From: Auanema rhodensis
Taxonomy: Eukaryota > Animalia > Nematoda
Length of the DNA: 64,000 nucleotides
Assembly (NCBI GenBank): GCA_964057225.1
Contig: OZ059897.1
Location: 21,762,001-21,826,000, forward strand
Direction of reading: 5' to 3'
Shown here one piece after another: positions 39,150 to 52,959 of this stretch; position 1 is the stretch's first letter, and every line of letters starts with the position of its first letter. The position numbers were made by a program, and so were the translations under genes. The notes under the pieces are model-generated. The model did not search any database. It was not told where the DNA came from and saw only the letters and a list, made by a program, of their open reading frames with translations.

Positions 39150-40880
39150 AAGAGATGCGGTTTTCAAAATTAGATTCCCCATGTCCATATTAGTCTAAAA
39201 ACAAATTTTTATTGATATTGGTGCATGGTAACCATGACTTTGAAATTCACGTGAACTTTAATTTATGCTAATTAAATGTACACGTGATGTGCACTTGGTA
39301 TGTAACTCGCTTCACGTGAAAGATAAAGAGATGCGGTTTTCAAAATTAGATTCCCCATGTCCATATTAGTCTAAAAACAAATTTTTATTGATATTGGTGC
39401 ATGGTAACCATGACTTTGAAATTCACGTGAACTTTAATTTATGCTAATTAAATGTACACGTGATGTGCACTTGGTATGTAACTCGCTTCACGTGAAAGAT
39501 AAAGAGATGCGGTTTCCAAAATTAGATTCCCCATGTCCATATTAGTCTAAAAACAAATTTTTATTGATATTGGTTCATGGTAACCATGACTTTGAAATTT
39601 ACGTGAACTTTAATTTATGCTAATTAAATGTACACGTGATGTGCACTTGGTATGTAACTCGCTTCACGTGAAAGATAAAGAGATGCGGTTTTCAAAATTA
39701 GATTCCCCATGTCCATATTAGTCTAAAAACAAATTTTTATTGATATTGGTGCATGGTAACCATGACTTTGAAATTTACGTGAACTTTAATTTATGCTAAT
39801 GAAATGTACACGTGATGTGCACTTGGTATGTAACTCGCTTCACGTGAAAGATAAAGAGATGCGGTTTTCAAAATTAGATTCCCCATGTCCATATTAGTCT
39901 AAAAACAAATTTTTATTGATATTGGTTCATGGTAACCATGACTTTGAAATTTACGTGAACTTTAATTTTTGCTAATTAAATGTACACGGGATGTGCACTT
40001 GGTATGTAACTCGCTTCACGTGAAAGATAAAGAGATGCGGTTTTCAAAATTAGATTCCCCATGTCCATATTAGTCTAAAAACAAATTTTTATTGATATTG
40101 GTGCATGGTAACCATGACTTTGAAATTCACGTGAACTTTAATTTATGCTAATTAAATGTACACGTGATGTGCACTTGGTATGTAACTCGCTTCACGTGAA
40201 AGATAAAGAGATGCGGTTTTCAAAATTAGATTCCCCATGTCCATATTAGTCTAAAAACAAATTTTTATTGATATTGGTGCATGGTAACCATGACTTTGAA
40301 ATTCACGTGAACTTTAATTTATGCTAATTAAATGTACACGTGATGTGCACTTGGTATGTAACTCGCTTCACGTGAAAGATAAAGAGATGCGGTTTCCAAA
40401 ATTAGATTCCCCATGTCCATATTAGTCTAAAAACAAATTTTTATTGATATTGGTTCATGGTAACCATGACTTTGAAATTTACGTGAACTTTAATTTATGC
40501 TAATTAAATGTACACGTGATGTGCACTTGGTATGTAACTCGCTTCACGTGAAAGATAAAGAGATGCGGTTTTCAAAATTAGATTCCCCATGTCCATATTA
40601 GTCTAAAAACAAATTTTTATTGATATTGGTGCATGGTAACCATGACTTTGAAATTTACGTGAACTTTAATTTATGCTAATGAAATGTACACGTGATGTGC
40701 ACTTGGTATGTAACTCGCTTCACGTGAAAGATAAAGAGATGCGGTTTTCAAAATTAGATTCCCCATGTCCATATTAGTCTAAAAACAAATTTTTATTGAT
40801 ATTGGTGCATGGTAACCATGACTTTGAAATTTACGTGAACTTTAATTTATGCTAATTAAATGTACACGTGATGTGCACTT
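39150..40880. repeat. Local higher-order duplication: about 2 x 5 monomers (880 bp), just right of the LINE
   Basis: GGTTTCC 39516/40396, AATGAAA 39801/40681, and paired ATTCAC monomers. Confidence 0.75.
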
Positions 40881-43800
40881 GGTATGTAATTCGCTTCACG
40901 TGAAAGATAAAGAGATGCGGTTTTTAAAATTAGATTCCCCATGTCCATATTAGTCTAAAAACAAATTTTTATTGATATTGGTTCATGGTAACCATGACTT
41001 TGAAATTTACGTGAACTTAAATTTATGCTAATTAAATGTACACGTGATGTGCACTTGGTATGTAACTTGCTTCACGTGAAAGATAAAGAGATGCGGCTTT
41101 CAAAATTAGATTCCCCATGTCCATATTAGTCTAAAAACAAATTTTAATTGATATTGTTGCATGGTAACCATGACTTTGAAATTTACGTGAACTTTAATTT
41201 ATGCTAATTAAATGTACACGTGATGTGCACTTGGTATGTAACTCGCTTCACGTGAAAGATAAAGAGATGCGGTTTTCAAAATTAGATTCCCCATGTCCAT
41301 ATTAGTCTAAAAACAAATTTTTATTGATATTGGTGCATGGTAACCATGACTTTGAAATTTACGTGAACTTTAATTTATGCTAATTAAATGTACACGTGAT
41401 GTGCACTTGGTATGTAATTCGCTTCACGTGAAAGATAAAGAGATGCGGTTTTTACAATTAGATTCCCCATGTCCATATTAGTCTAAAAACAAATTTTTAT
41501 TGATATTGGTTCATGGTAACCATGACTTTGAAATTTACGTGAACTTAAATTTATGCTAATTAAATGTACACGTGATGTGCACTTGGTATGTAACTTGCTT
41601 CACGTGAAAGATAAAGAGATGCGGTTTTCAAAATTAGATTCCCCATGTCCATATTAGTCTAAAAACAAATTTTTATTGATATTGGTGCATGGTAACCATG
41701 ACTTTGAAATTTACGTGAACTTTAATTTATGCTAATTAAATGTACACGTGATGTGCACTTGGTATGTAACTCGCTTCACGTGAAAGATAAAGAGATGCGG
41801 TTTTCAAAATTAGATTCCCCATGTCCATATTAGTCTAAAAACAAATTTTTATTGATATTGGTTCATGGTAACCATGACTTTGAAATTTACGTGAACTTTA
41901 ATTTTTGCTAATTAAATGTACACGGGATGTGCACTTGGTATGTAACTCGCTTCACGTGAAAGATAAAGAGATGCGGTTTTCAAAATTAGATTCCCCATGT
42001 CCATATTAGTCTAAAAACAAATTTTTATTGATATTGGTGCATGGTAACCATGACTTTGAAATTCACGTGAACTTTAATTTATGCTAATTAAATGTACACG
42101 TGATGTGCACTTGGTATGTAACTCGCTTCACGTGAAAGATAAAGAGATGCGGTTTTCAAAATTAGATTCCCCATGTCCATATTAGTCTAAAAACAAATTT
42201 TTATTGATATTGGTGCATGGTAACCATGACTTTGAAATTTACGTGAACTTTAATTTATGCTAATTAAATGTACACGTGATGTGCACTTGGTATGTAATTC
42301 GCTTCACGTGAAAGATAAAGAGATGCGGTTTTCACAATTAGATTCCCCATGTCCATATTAGTCTAAAAACAAATTTTTATTGATATTGGTTCATGGTAAC
42401 CATGACTTTGAAATTTACGTGAACTTAAATTTATGCTAATTAAATGTACACGTGATGTGCACTTGGTATGTAACTTGCTTCACGTGAAAGATAAAGAGAT
42501 GCGGTTTTCAAAATTAGATTCCCCATGTCCATATTAGTCTAAAAACAAATTTTTATTGATATTGGTGCATGGTAACCATGACTTTGAAATTTACGTGAAC
42601 TTTAATTTATGCTAATTAAATGTACACGTGATGTGCACTTGGTATGTAACTCGCTTCACGTGAAAGATAAAGAGATGCGGTTTTCAAAATTAGATTCCCC
42701 ATGTCCATATTAGTCTAAAAACAAATTTTTATTGATATTGGTTCATGGTAACCATGACTTTGAAATTTACGTGAACTTTAATTTTTGCTAATTAAATGTA
42801 CACGGGATGTGCACTTGGTATGTAACTCGCTTCACGTGAAAGATAAAGAGATGCGGTTTTCAAAATTAGATTCCCCATGTCCATATTAGTCTAAAAACAA
42901 ATTTTTATTGATATTGGTGCATGGTAACCATGACTTTGAAATTCACGTGAACTTTAATTTATGCTAATTAAATGTACACGTGATGTGCACTTGGTATGTA
43001 ACTCGCTTCACGTGAAAGATAAAGAGATGCGGTTTTCAAAATTAGATTCCCCATGTCCATATTAGTCTAAAAACAAATTTTTATTGATATTGGTTCATGG
43101 TAACCATGACTTTGAAATTTACGTGAACTTTAATTTTTGCTGATTAAATGTACACGGGATGTGCACTTGGTATGTAACTCGCTTCACGTGAAAGATAAAG
43201 AGATGCGGTTTTCAAAATTAGATTCCCCATGTCCATATTAGTCTAAAAACAAATTTTTATTGATATTGGTGCATGGTAACCATGACTTTGAAATTCACGT
43301 GAACTTTAATTTATGCTAATTAAATGTACACGTGATGTGCACTTGGTATGTAACTCGCTTCACCTGAAAGATAAAGAGATGCGGTTTTTAAAATTAGATT
43401 CCCCATGTCCATATTAGTCTAAAAACAAATTTTTATTGATATTGGTGCATGGTAACCATGACTTTGAAATTTACGTGAACTTTAATTTATGCTAATTAAA
43501 TGTACACGTGATGTGCACTTGGTATGTAACTCGCTTCACGTGAAAGATAAAGAGATGCGGTTTTTAAAATTAGATTCCCCATGTCTATATTAGTCTAAAA
43601 ACAAATTTTTATTGATATTGGTTCATGGTAACCATGACTTTGAAATTTACGTGAACTTTAATTTATGCTAATTAAATGTACACGTGATGTGCACTTGGTA
43701 TGTAACTCGCTTCACGTGAAAGATAAAGAGATGCGGTTTTCAAAATTAGATTCCCCATGTCCATATTAGTCTAAAAACAAATTTTTATTGATATTGGTTC

Positions 43801-46800
43801 ATGGTAACCATGACTTTGAAATTTACGTGAACTTTAATTTATGCTAATTAAATGTACACGTGATGTGCACTTGGTATGTAACTCGCTTCACGTGAAAGAT
43901 AAAGAGATGCGGTTTTCAAAATTAGATTCCCCATGTCCATATTAGTCTAAAAACAAATTTTTATTGATATTGGTGCATGGTAACCATGACTTTGAAATTT
44001 ACGTGAACTTTAATTTATGCTAATTAAATGTACACGTGATGTGCACTTGGTATGTAACTCGCTTCACGTGAAAGATAAAGAGATGCGGTTTTCAAAATTA
44101 GATTCCCCATGTCCATATTAGTCTAAAAACAAATTTTTATTGATATTGGTGCATGGTAACCATGACTTTGAAATTTACGTGAACTTTAATTTATGCTAAT
44201 TAAATGTACACGTGATGTGCACTTGGTATGTAACTCGCTTCACGTGAAAGATAAAGAGATGCGGTTTTCAAAATTAGATTCCCCATGTCCATATTAGTCT
44301 AAAAACAAATTTTTATTGATATTGGTTCATGGTAACCATGACTTTGAAATTTACGTGAACTTTAATTTATGCTAATTAAATGTACACGTGATGTGCACTT
44401 GGTATGTAACTCGCTTCACGTGAAAGATAAAGAGATGCGGTTTTCAAAATTAGATTCCCCATGTCTATATTAGTCTAAAAACAAATTTTTATTGATATTG
44501 GTTCATGGTAACCATGACTTTGAAATTTACGTGAACTTTAATTTATGCTAATTAAATGTACACGTGATGTGCACTTGGTATGTAACTCGCTTCACGTGAA
44601 AGATAAAGAGATGCGGTTTTCAAAATTAGATTCCCCATGTCCATATTAGTCTAAAAACAAATTTTTATTGATATTGGTGCATGGTAACCATGACTTTGAA
44701 ATTTACGTGAACTTTAATTTATGCTAATTAAATGTACACGTGATGTGCACTTGGTATGTAACTCGCTTCACGTGAAAGATAAAGAGATGAGGTTTTCAAA
44801 ATTAGATTCCCCATGTCCATATTAGTCTAAAAACAAATTTTTATTGATATTAGTTCATGGTAACCATGACTTTGAAATTTACGTGAATTTTAATTTATGC
44901 TAATTAAATGTACACGGGATGTGCACTTGGTATGTGATTCGCTTCACGTGAAAGATAAAGAGATGCGGTTTTTAAAAATAGATTCCCCATGTCCATATTA
45001 GTCTAAAAACAAATTTTTATTGATATTGGTGCATGGTAACCATGACTTTGAAATTTACGTGAACTTTAATTTATGCTAATTAAATGTACACGTGATGTGC
45101 ACTTGGTATGTAACTCGCTTCACGTGAAAGATAAAGAGATGCGGTTTTCAAAATTAGATTCCCCATGTCCATATTAGTCTAAAAACAAATTTTTATTGAT
45201 ATTGGTGCATGGTAACCATGACTTTGAAATTTACGTGAACTTTAATTTATGCTTATTAAATGTACACGTGATGTGCACTTGGTATGTAACTCGCTTCACG
45301 TGAAAGATAAAGAGATGCGGTTTTCAAAATTAGATTCCCCATGTCCATATTAGTCTAAAAACAAATTTTTATTGATATTGGTTCATGGTAACCATGACTT
45401 TGAAATTTACGTGAACTTTAATTTATGCTAATTAAATGTACACGTGATGTGCACTTGGTATGTAACTCGCTTCACGTGAAAGATAAAGATATGCGGTTTT
45501 CAAAATTGGATTCCCCATGTCCATATTAGTCTAAAAACAAATTTTTATTGATATTGGTTCATGGTAACCATGACTTTGAAATTTACGTGAACTTTAATTT
45601 ATGCTAATTAAATGTACACGTGATGTGCACTTGGTATGTAACTCGCTTCACGTGAAAGATAAAGAGATGCGGTTTCCAAAATTAGATTCCCCATGTCTAT
45701 ATTAGTCTAAAAACAAATTTTTATTGATATTGGTTCATGGTAACCATGACTTTGAAATTTACGTGAACTTTAATTTATGCTAATTAAATGTACACGTGAT
45801 GTGCACTTGGTATGTAACTCGCTTCACGTGAAAGATAAAGAGATGCGGTTTTCAAAATTAGATTCCCCATGTCCATATTAGTCTAAAAACAAATTTTTAT
45901 TGATATTGGTGCATGGTAACCATGACTTTGAAATTTACGTGAACTTTAATTTATGCTAATTAAATGTACACGTGATGTGCACTTGGTATGTAACTCGCTT
46001 CACGTGAAAGATAAAGAGATGCGGTTTTCAAAATTAGATTCCCCATGTCCATATTAGTCTAAAAACAAATTTTTATTGATATTGGTGCATGGTAACCATG
46101 ACTTTGAAATTTACGTGAACTTTAATTTATGCTAATTAAATGTACACGTGATGTGCACTTGGTATGTAACTCGCTTCACGTGAAAGATAAAGAGATGCGG
46201 TTTTCAAAATTAGATTCCCCATGTCTATATTAGTCTAAAAACAAATTTTTATTGATATTGGTGCATGGTAACCATGACTTTGAAATTTACGTGAACTTTA
46301 ATTTATGCTAATTAAATGTACACGTGATGTGCACTTGGTATGTAACTCGCTTCACGTGAAAGATAAAGAGATGCGGTTTTCAAAATTAGATTCCCCATGT
46401 CCATATTAGTCTAAAAACAAATTTTTATTGATATTGGTGCATGGTAACCATGACTTTGAAATTTACGTGAACTTTAATTTATGCTAATTAAATGTACACG
46501 TGATGTGCACTTGGTATGTAATTCGCTTCACGTGAAAGATAAAGAGATGCGGTTTTTAAAATTAGATTCCCCATGTCCATATTAGTCTAAAAACAAATTT
46601 TTATTGATATTGGTTCATGGTAACCATGACTTTGAAATTTACGTGAACTTAAATTTATGCTAATTAAATGTACACGTGATGTGCACTTGGTATGTAACTT
46701 GCTTCACGTGAAAGATAAAGAGATGCGGCTTTCAAAATTAGATTCCCCATGTCCATATTAGTCTAAAAACAAATTTTTATTGATATTGGTGTATGGTAAC

Positions 46801-49800
46801 CATGACTTTGAAATTTACGTGAACTTTATTTTATGCTAATTAAATGTACACGTGATGTGCACTTGGCATGTAACTCGCTTCACGTGAAAGATAAAGAGAT
46901 GCGGTTTTCAAAATTAGATTCCCCATGTCCATATTAGTCTAAAAACAAATTTTATTGATATTGGTTCATGGTAACCATGACTTTGAAATTTACGTGAACT
47001 TAAATTTATGCTAATTAAATGTACACGTGATGTGCACTTGGTATGTAACTCGCTTCACGTGAAAGATAAAGAGATGCGGTTTTCAAAATTAGATTCCCCA
47101 TGTCCATATTAGTCTAAAAACAAATTTTTATTGATATTGGTGCATGGTAACCATGACTTTGAAATTTACGTGAACTTTAATTTATGCTAATTAAATGTAC
47201 ACGTGATGTGCACTTGGTATGTAACTCGCTTCACGTGAAAGATAAAGAGATGCGGTTTTCAAAATTAGATTCCCCATGTCCATATTAGTCTAAAAACAAA
47301 TTTTTATTGATATTGGTGCATGGTAACCATGACTTTGAAATTTACGTGAACTTTAATTTATGCTAATTAAATGTACACGTGATGTGCACTTGGTATGTAA
47401 CTCGCTTCACGTGAAAGATAAAGAGATGCGGTTTTCAAAATTAGATTCTTCATGTCCATATTAGTCTAAAAACAAATTTTTATTGATATTGGTGCATGGT
47501 AACCATGACTTTGAAATTTACGTGAACTTTAATTTATGCTAATTAAATGTACACGTGATGTGCACTTGGTATGTAACTCGCTTCACGTGAAAGATAAAAA
47601 GATGCGGTTTTCAAAATTAGATTCCCCATGTCCATATTAGTCTAAAAACAAATTTTTATTGATATTGGTGCATGGTTACCATGACTTTGAAATTTACGTG
47701 AACTTTAATTTATGCTAATTAAATGTACACGTGATGTGCACTTGGTATGTAACTCGCTTCACGTGAAAGATAAAGAGATGCGGTTTTCAAAATTAGATTC
47801 CCCATGTCCATATTAGTCTAAAAACAAATTTTTATTGATATTGGTGCATGGTAACCATGACTTTGAAACTTACGTGAACTTTAATTTATGCTAATTAAAT
47901 GTACACGTGATGTGCACTTGGTATGTAACTCGCTTCACGTGAAAGATAAAGAGATGCGGTTTTCAAAATTAGATTCCCCATGTCCATATTAGTCTAAAAA
48001 CAAATTTTTATTGATATTGGTTCATGGTAACCATGACTTTGAAATTTACGTGAACTTTAATTTATGCTAATTAAATGTACACGTGATGTGCACTTGGTAT
48101 GTAACTCGCTTCACGTGAAAGATAAAGAGATGCGGTTTTCAAAATTAGATTCCCCATGTCCATATTAGTCTAAAAACAAATTTTTATTGATATTGGTGCA
48201 TGGTAACCATGACTTTGAAATTTACGTGAACTTTAATTTATGCTAATTAAATGTACACGGGATGTGCACTTGGTATGTAATTCGCTTCACGTGAAAGATA
48301 AAGAGATGCGGTTTTTAAAATTAGATTCCCCATGTCCATATTAGTCTAAAAACAAATTTTTATTGATATTGGTGCATGGTAACCATGACTTTGAAATTTA
48401 CGTGAACTTAAATTTATGCTAATTAAATGTACACGTGATGTGCACTTGGTATGTAACTCGCTTCACGTGAAAGATAAAGAGATGCGGTTTTCAAAATTAG
48501 ATTCCCCATGTCCATATTAGTCTAAAAACAAATTTTTATTGATATTGGTGCATGGTAACCATGACTTTGAAATTTACGTGAACTTTAATTTATGCTAATT
48601 AAATGTACACGTGATGTGCACTTGGTATGTAATTCGCTTCACGTGAAAGATAAAGAGATGCGGTTTTTAAAATTAGATTCCCCATGTCCATATTAGTCTA
48701 AAAACAAATTTTTATTGATATTGGTGCATGGTAACCATGACTTTGAAACTTACGTGAACTTTAATTTATGCTAATTAAATGTACACGTGATGTGCACTTG
48801 GTATGTAACTCGCTTCACGTGAAAGATAAAGAGATGCGGTTTTCAAAATTAGATTCCCCATGTCCATATTAGTCTAAAAACAAATTTTTATTGATATTGG
48901 TGCATGGTAACCATGACTTTGAAATTTACGTGAACTTTAATTTATGCTAATTAAATGTACACGTGATGTGCACTTGGTATGTAACTCGCTTCACGTGAAA
49001 GATAAAGAGATGCGGTTTTCAAAATTAGATTCCCCATGTTCATATTAGTCTAAAAACAAATTTTTATTGATATTGGTTCATGGTAACCATGACTTTGAAA
49101 TTTACGTGAACTTCAATTTATGCTAATTAAATGTACACGTGATGTGCACTTGGTATGTAACTCGCTTCACGTGAAAGATAAAGAGATGCGGTTTTCAAAA
49201 TTAGATTCCCCATGTCCATATTAGTCTAAAAACAAATTTTTATTGATATTGGTGCATGGTAACCATGACTTTGAAACTTACGTGAACTTTAATTTATGCT
49301 AATTAAATGTACACGTGATGTGCACTTGGTATGTAACTCGCTTCACGTGAAAGATAAAGAGATGCGGTTTTCAAAATTAGATTCCCCATGTCCATATTAG
49401 TCTAAAAACAAATTTTTATTGATATTGGTTCATGGTAACCATGACTTTGAAATTTACGTGAACTTAAATTTATGCTAATTAAATGTACACGTGATGTGCA
49501 CTTGGTATGTAACTTGCTTCACGTGAAAGATAAAGAGATGCGGCTTTCAAAATTAGATTCCTTATGTCCATATTAGTCTAAAAACAAATTTTTATTGATA
49601 TTGGTGTATGGTAACCATGACTTTGAAATTTACGTGAACTTTAATTTATGCTAATTAAATGTACACGTGATGTGCACTTGGCATGTAACTCGCTTCACGT
49701 GAAAGATAAAGAGATGCGGTTTTCAAAATTAGATTCCCCATGTCCATATTAGTCTAAAAACGAATTTTTATTGATATTGGTTCATGGTAACCATGACTTT

Positions 49801-52800
49801 GAAATTTACGTGAACTTTAATTTATGCTAATTAAATGTACACGTGATGTGCACTTGGTATGTAACTCGCTTCACGTGAAAGATAAAGAGATGCGGTTTTT
49901 AAAATTAGATTCCCCATGTCCATATTAGTCTAAAAACAAATTTTTATTGATATTGGTGCATGGTAACCATGACTTTGAAATTTACGTGAACTTTAATTTA
50001 TGCTAATTAAATGTACACGTGATGTGCACTTGGTATGTAACTCGCTTCACGTGAAAGATAAAGAGATGCGGTTTTTAAAATTAGATTCCCCATGTCCATA
50101 TTAGTCTAAAAACAAATTTTTATTGATATTGGTTCATGGTAACCATGACTTTGAAATTTACGTGAACTTAAATTTATGCTAATTAAATGTACACGTGATG
50201 TGCACTTGGTATGTAACTTGCTTCACGTGAAAGATAAAGAGATGCGGCTTTCAAAATTAGATTCCCCATGTCCATATTAGTCTAAAAACAAATTTTTATT
50301 GATATTGTTGTATGGTAACCATGACTTTGAAATTTACGTGAACTTTAATTTATGCTAATTAAATGTACACGTGATGTGCACTTGGCATGTAACTCGCTTC
50401 ACGTGAAAGATAAAGAGATGCGGTTTTCAAAATTAGATTCCCCATGTCCATATTAGTCTAAAAACAAATTTTTATTGATATTGGTTCATGGTAACCATGA
50501 CTTTGAAATTTACGTGAACTTAAATTTATGCTAATTAAATGTACACGTGATGTGCACTTGGTATGTAACTCGCTTCACGTGAAAGATAAAGAGATGCAGT
50601 TTTCAAAATTAGATTCCCCATGTCCATATTAGTCTAAAAACAAATTTTTATTGATATTGGTGCATGGTAACCATGACTTTGAAATTTACGTGAACTTTAA
50701 TTTATGCTAATTAAATGTACACGTGATGTGCACTTGGTATGTAACTCGCTTCACGTGAAAGATAAAGAGATGCGGTTTTCAAAATTAGATTCCCCATGTC
50801 CATATTAGTCTAAAAACAAATTTTTATTGATATTGGTGCATGGTAACCATGACTTTGAAATTTACGTGAACTTTAATTTATGCTAATTAAATGTACACGT
50901 GATGTGCACTTGGTATGTAACTCGCTTCACGTGAAAGATAAAGAGATGCGGTTTTCAAAATTAGATTCTTCATGTCCATATTAGTCTAAAAACAAATTTT
51001 TATTGATATTGGTGCATGGTTACCATGACTTTGAAATTTACGTGAACTTTAATTTATGCTAATTAAATGTACACGTGATGTGCACTTGGTATGTAACTCG
51101 CTTCACGTGAAAGATAAAGAGATGCGGTTTTCAAAATTAGATTCCCCATGTCCATATTAGTCTAAAAACAAATTTTTATTGATATTGGTGCATGGTAACC
51201 ATGACTTTGAAACTTACGTGAACTTTAATTTATGCTAATTAAATGTACACGTGATGTGCACTTGGTATGTAACTCGCTTCACGTGAAAGATAAAGAGATG
51301 CGGTTTTCAAAATTAGATTCCCCATGTCCATATTAGTCTAAAAACAAATTTTTATTGATATTGGTTCATGGTAACCATGACTTTGAAATTTACGTGAACT
51401 TTAATTTATGCTAATTAAATGTACACGTGATGTGCACTTGGTATGTAACTCGCTTCACGTGAAAGATAAAGAGATGCGGTTTTCAAAATTAGATTCCCCA
51501 TGTCCATATTAGTCTAAAAACAAATTTTTATTGATATTGGTGCATGGTAACCATGACTTTGAAATTTACGTGAACTTTAATTTATGCTAATTAAATGTAC
51601 ACGGGATGTGCACTTGGTATGTAATTCGCTTCACGTGAAAGATAAAGAGATGCGGTTTTTAAAATTAGATTCCCCATGTCCATATTAGTCTAAAAACAAA
51701 TTTTTATTGATATTGGTGCATGGTAACCATGACTTTGAAATTTACGTGAACTTAAATTTATGCTAATTAAATGTACACGTGATGTGCACTTGGTATGTAA
51801 CTCGCTTCACGTGAAAGATAAAGAGATGCGGTTTTCAAAATTAGATTCCCCATGTCCATATTAGTCTAAAAACAAATTTTTATTGATATTGGTGCATGGT
51901 AACCATGACTTTGAAATTTACGTGAACTTTAATTTATGCTAATTAAATGTACACGTGATGTGCACTTGGTATGTAATTCGCTTCACGTGAAAGATAAAGA
52001 GATGCGGTTTTTAAAATTAGATTCCCCATGTCCATATTAGTCTAAAAACAAATTTTTATTGATATTGGTTCATGGTAACCATGACTTTGAAATTTACGTG
52101 AACTTAAATTTATGCTAATTAAATGTACACGTGATGTGCACTTGGTATGTAACTTGCTTCACGTGAAAGATAAAGAGATGCGGCTTTCAAAATTAGATTC
52201 CCCATGTCCATATTAGTCTAAAAACAAATTTTTATTGATATTGGTGTATGGTAACCATGACTTTGAAATTTACGTGAACTTTAATTTATGCTAATTAAAT
52301 GTACACGTGATGTGCACTTGGCATGTAACTCGCTTCACGTGAAAGATAAAGAGATGCGGTTTTCAAAATTAGATTCCCCATGTCCATATTAGTCTAAAAA
52401 CAAATTTTTATTGATATTGGTGCATGGTAACCATGACTTTGAAATTTACGTGAACTTTAATTTATGCTAATTAAATGTACACGTGATGTGCACTTGGTAT
52501 GTAACTCGCTTCACGTGAAAGATAAAGAGATGCGGTTTTCAAAATTAGATTCCCCATGTCCATATTAGTCTAAAAACAAATTTTTATTGATATTGGTTCA
52601 TGGTAACCATGACTTTGAAATTTACGTGAACTTCAATTTATGCTAATTAAATGTACACGTGATGTGCACTTGGTATGTAACTCGCTTCACGTGAAAGATA
52701 AAGAGATGCGGTTTTCAAAATTAGATTCCCCATGTCCATATTAGTCTAAAAACAAATTTTTATTGATATTGGTGCATGGTAACCATGACTTTGAAACTTA

Positions 52801-52959
52801 CGTGAACTTTAATTTATGCTAATTAAATGTACACGTGATGTGCACTTGGTATGTAACTCGCTTCACGTGAAAGATAAAGAGATGCGGTTTTCAAAATTAG
52901 ATTCCCCATGTCCATATTAGTCTAAAAACAAATTTTTATTGATATTGGTGCATGGTAAC

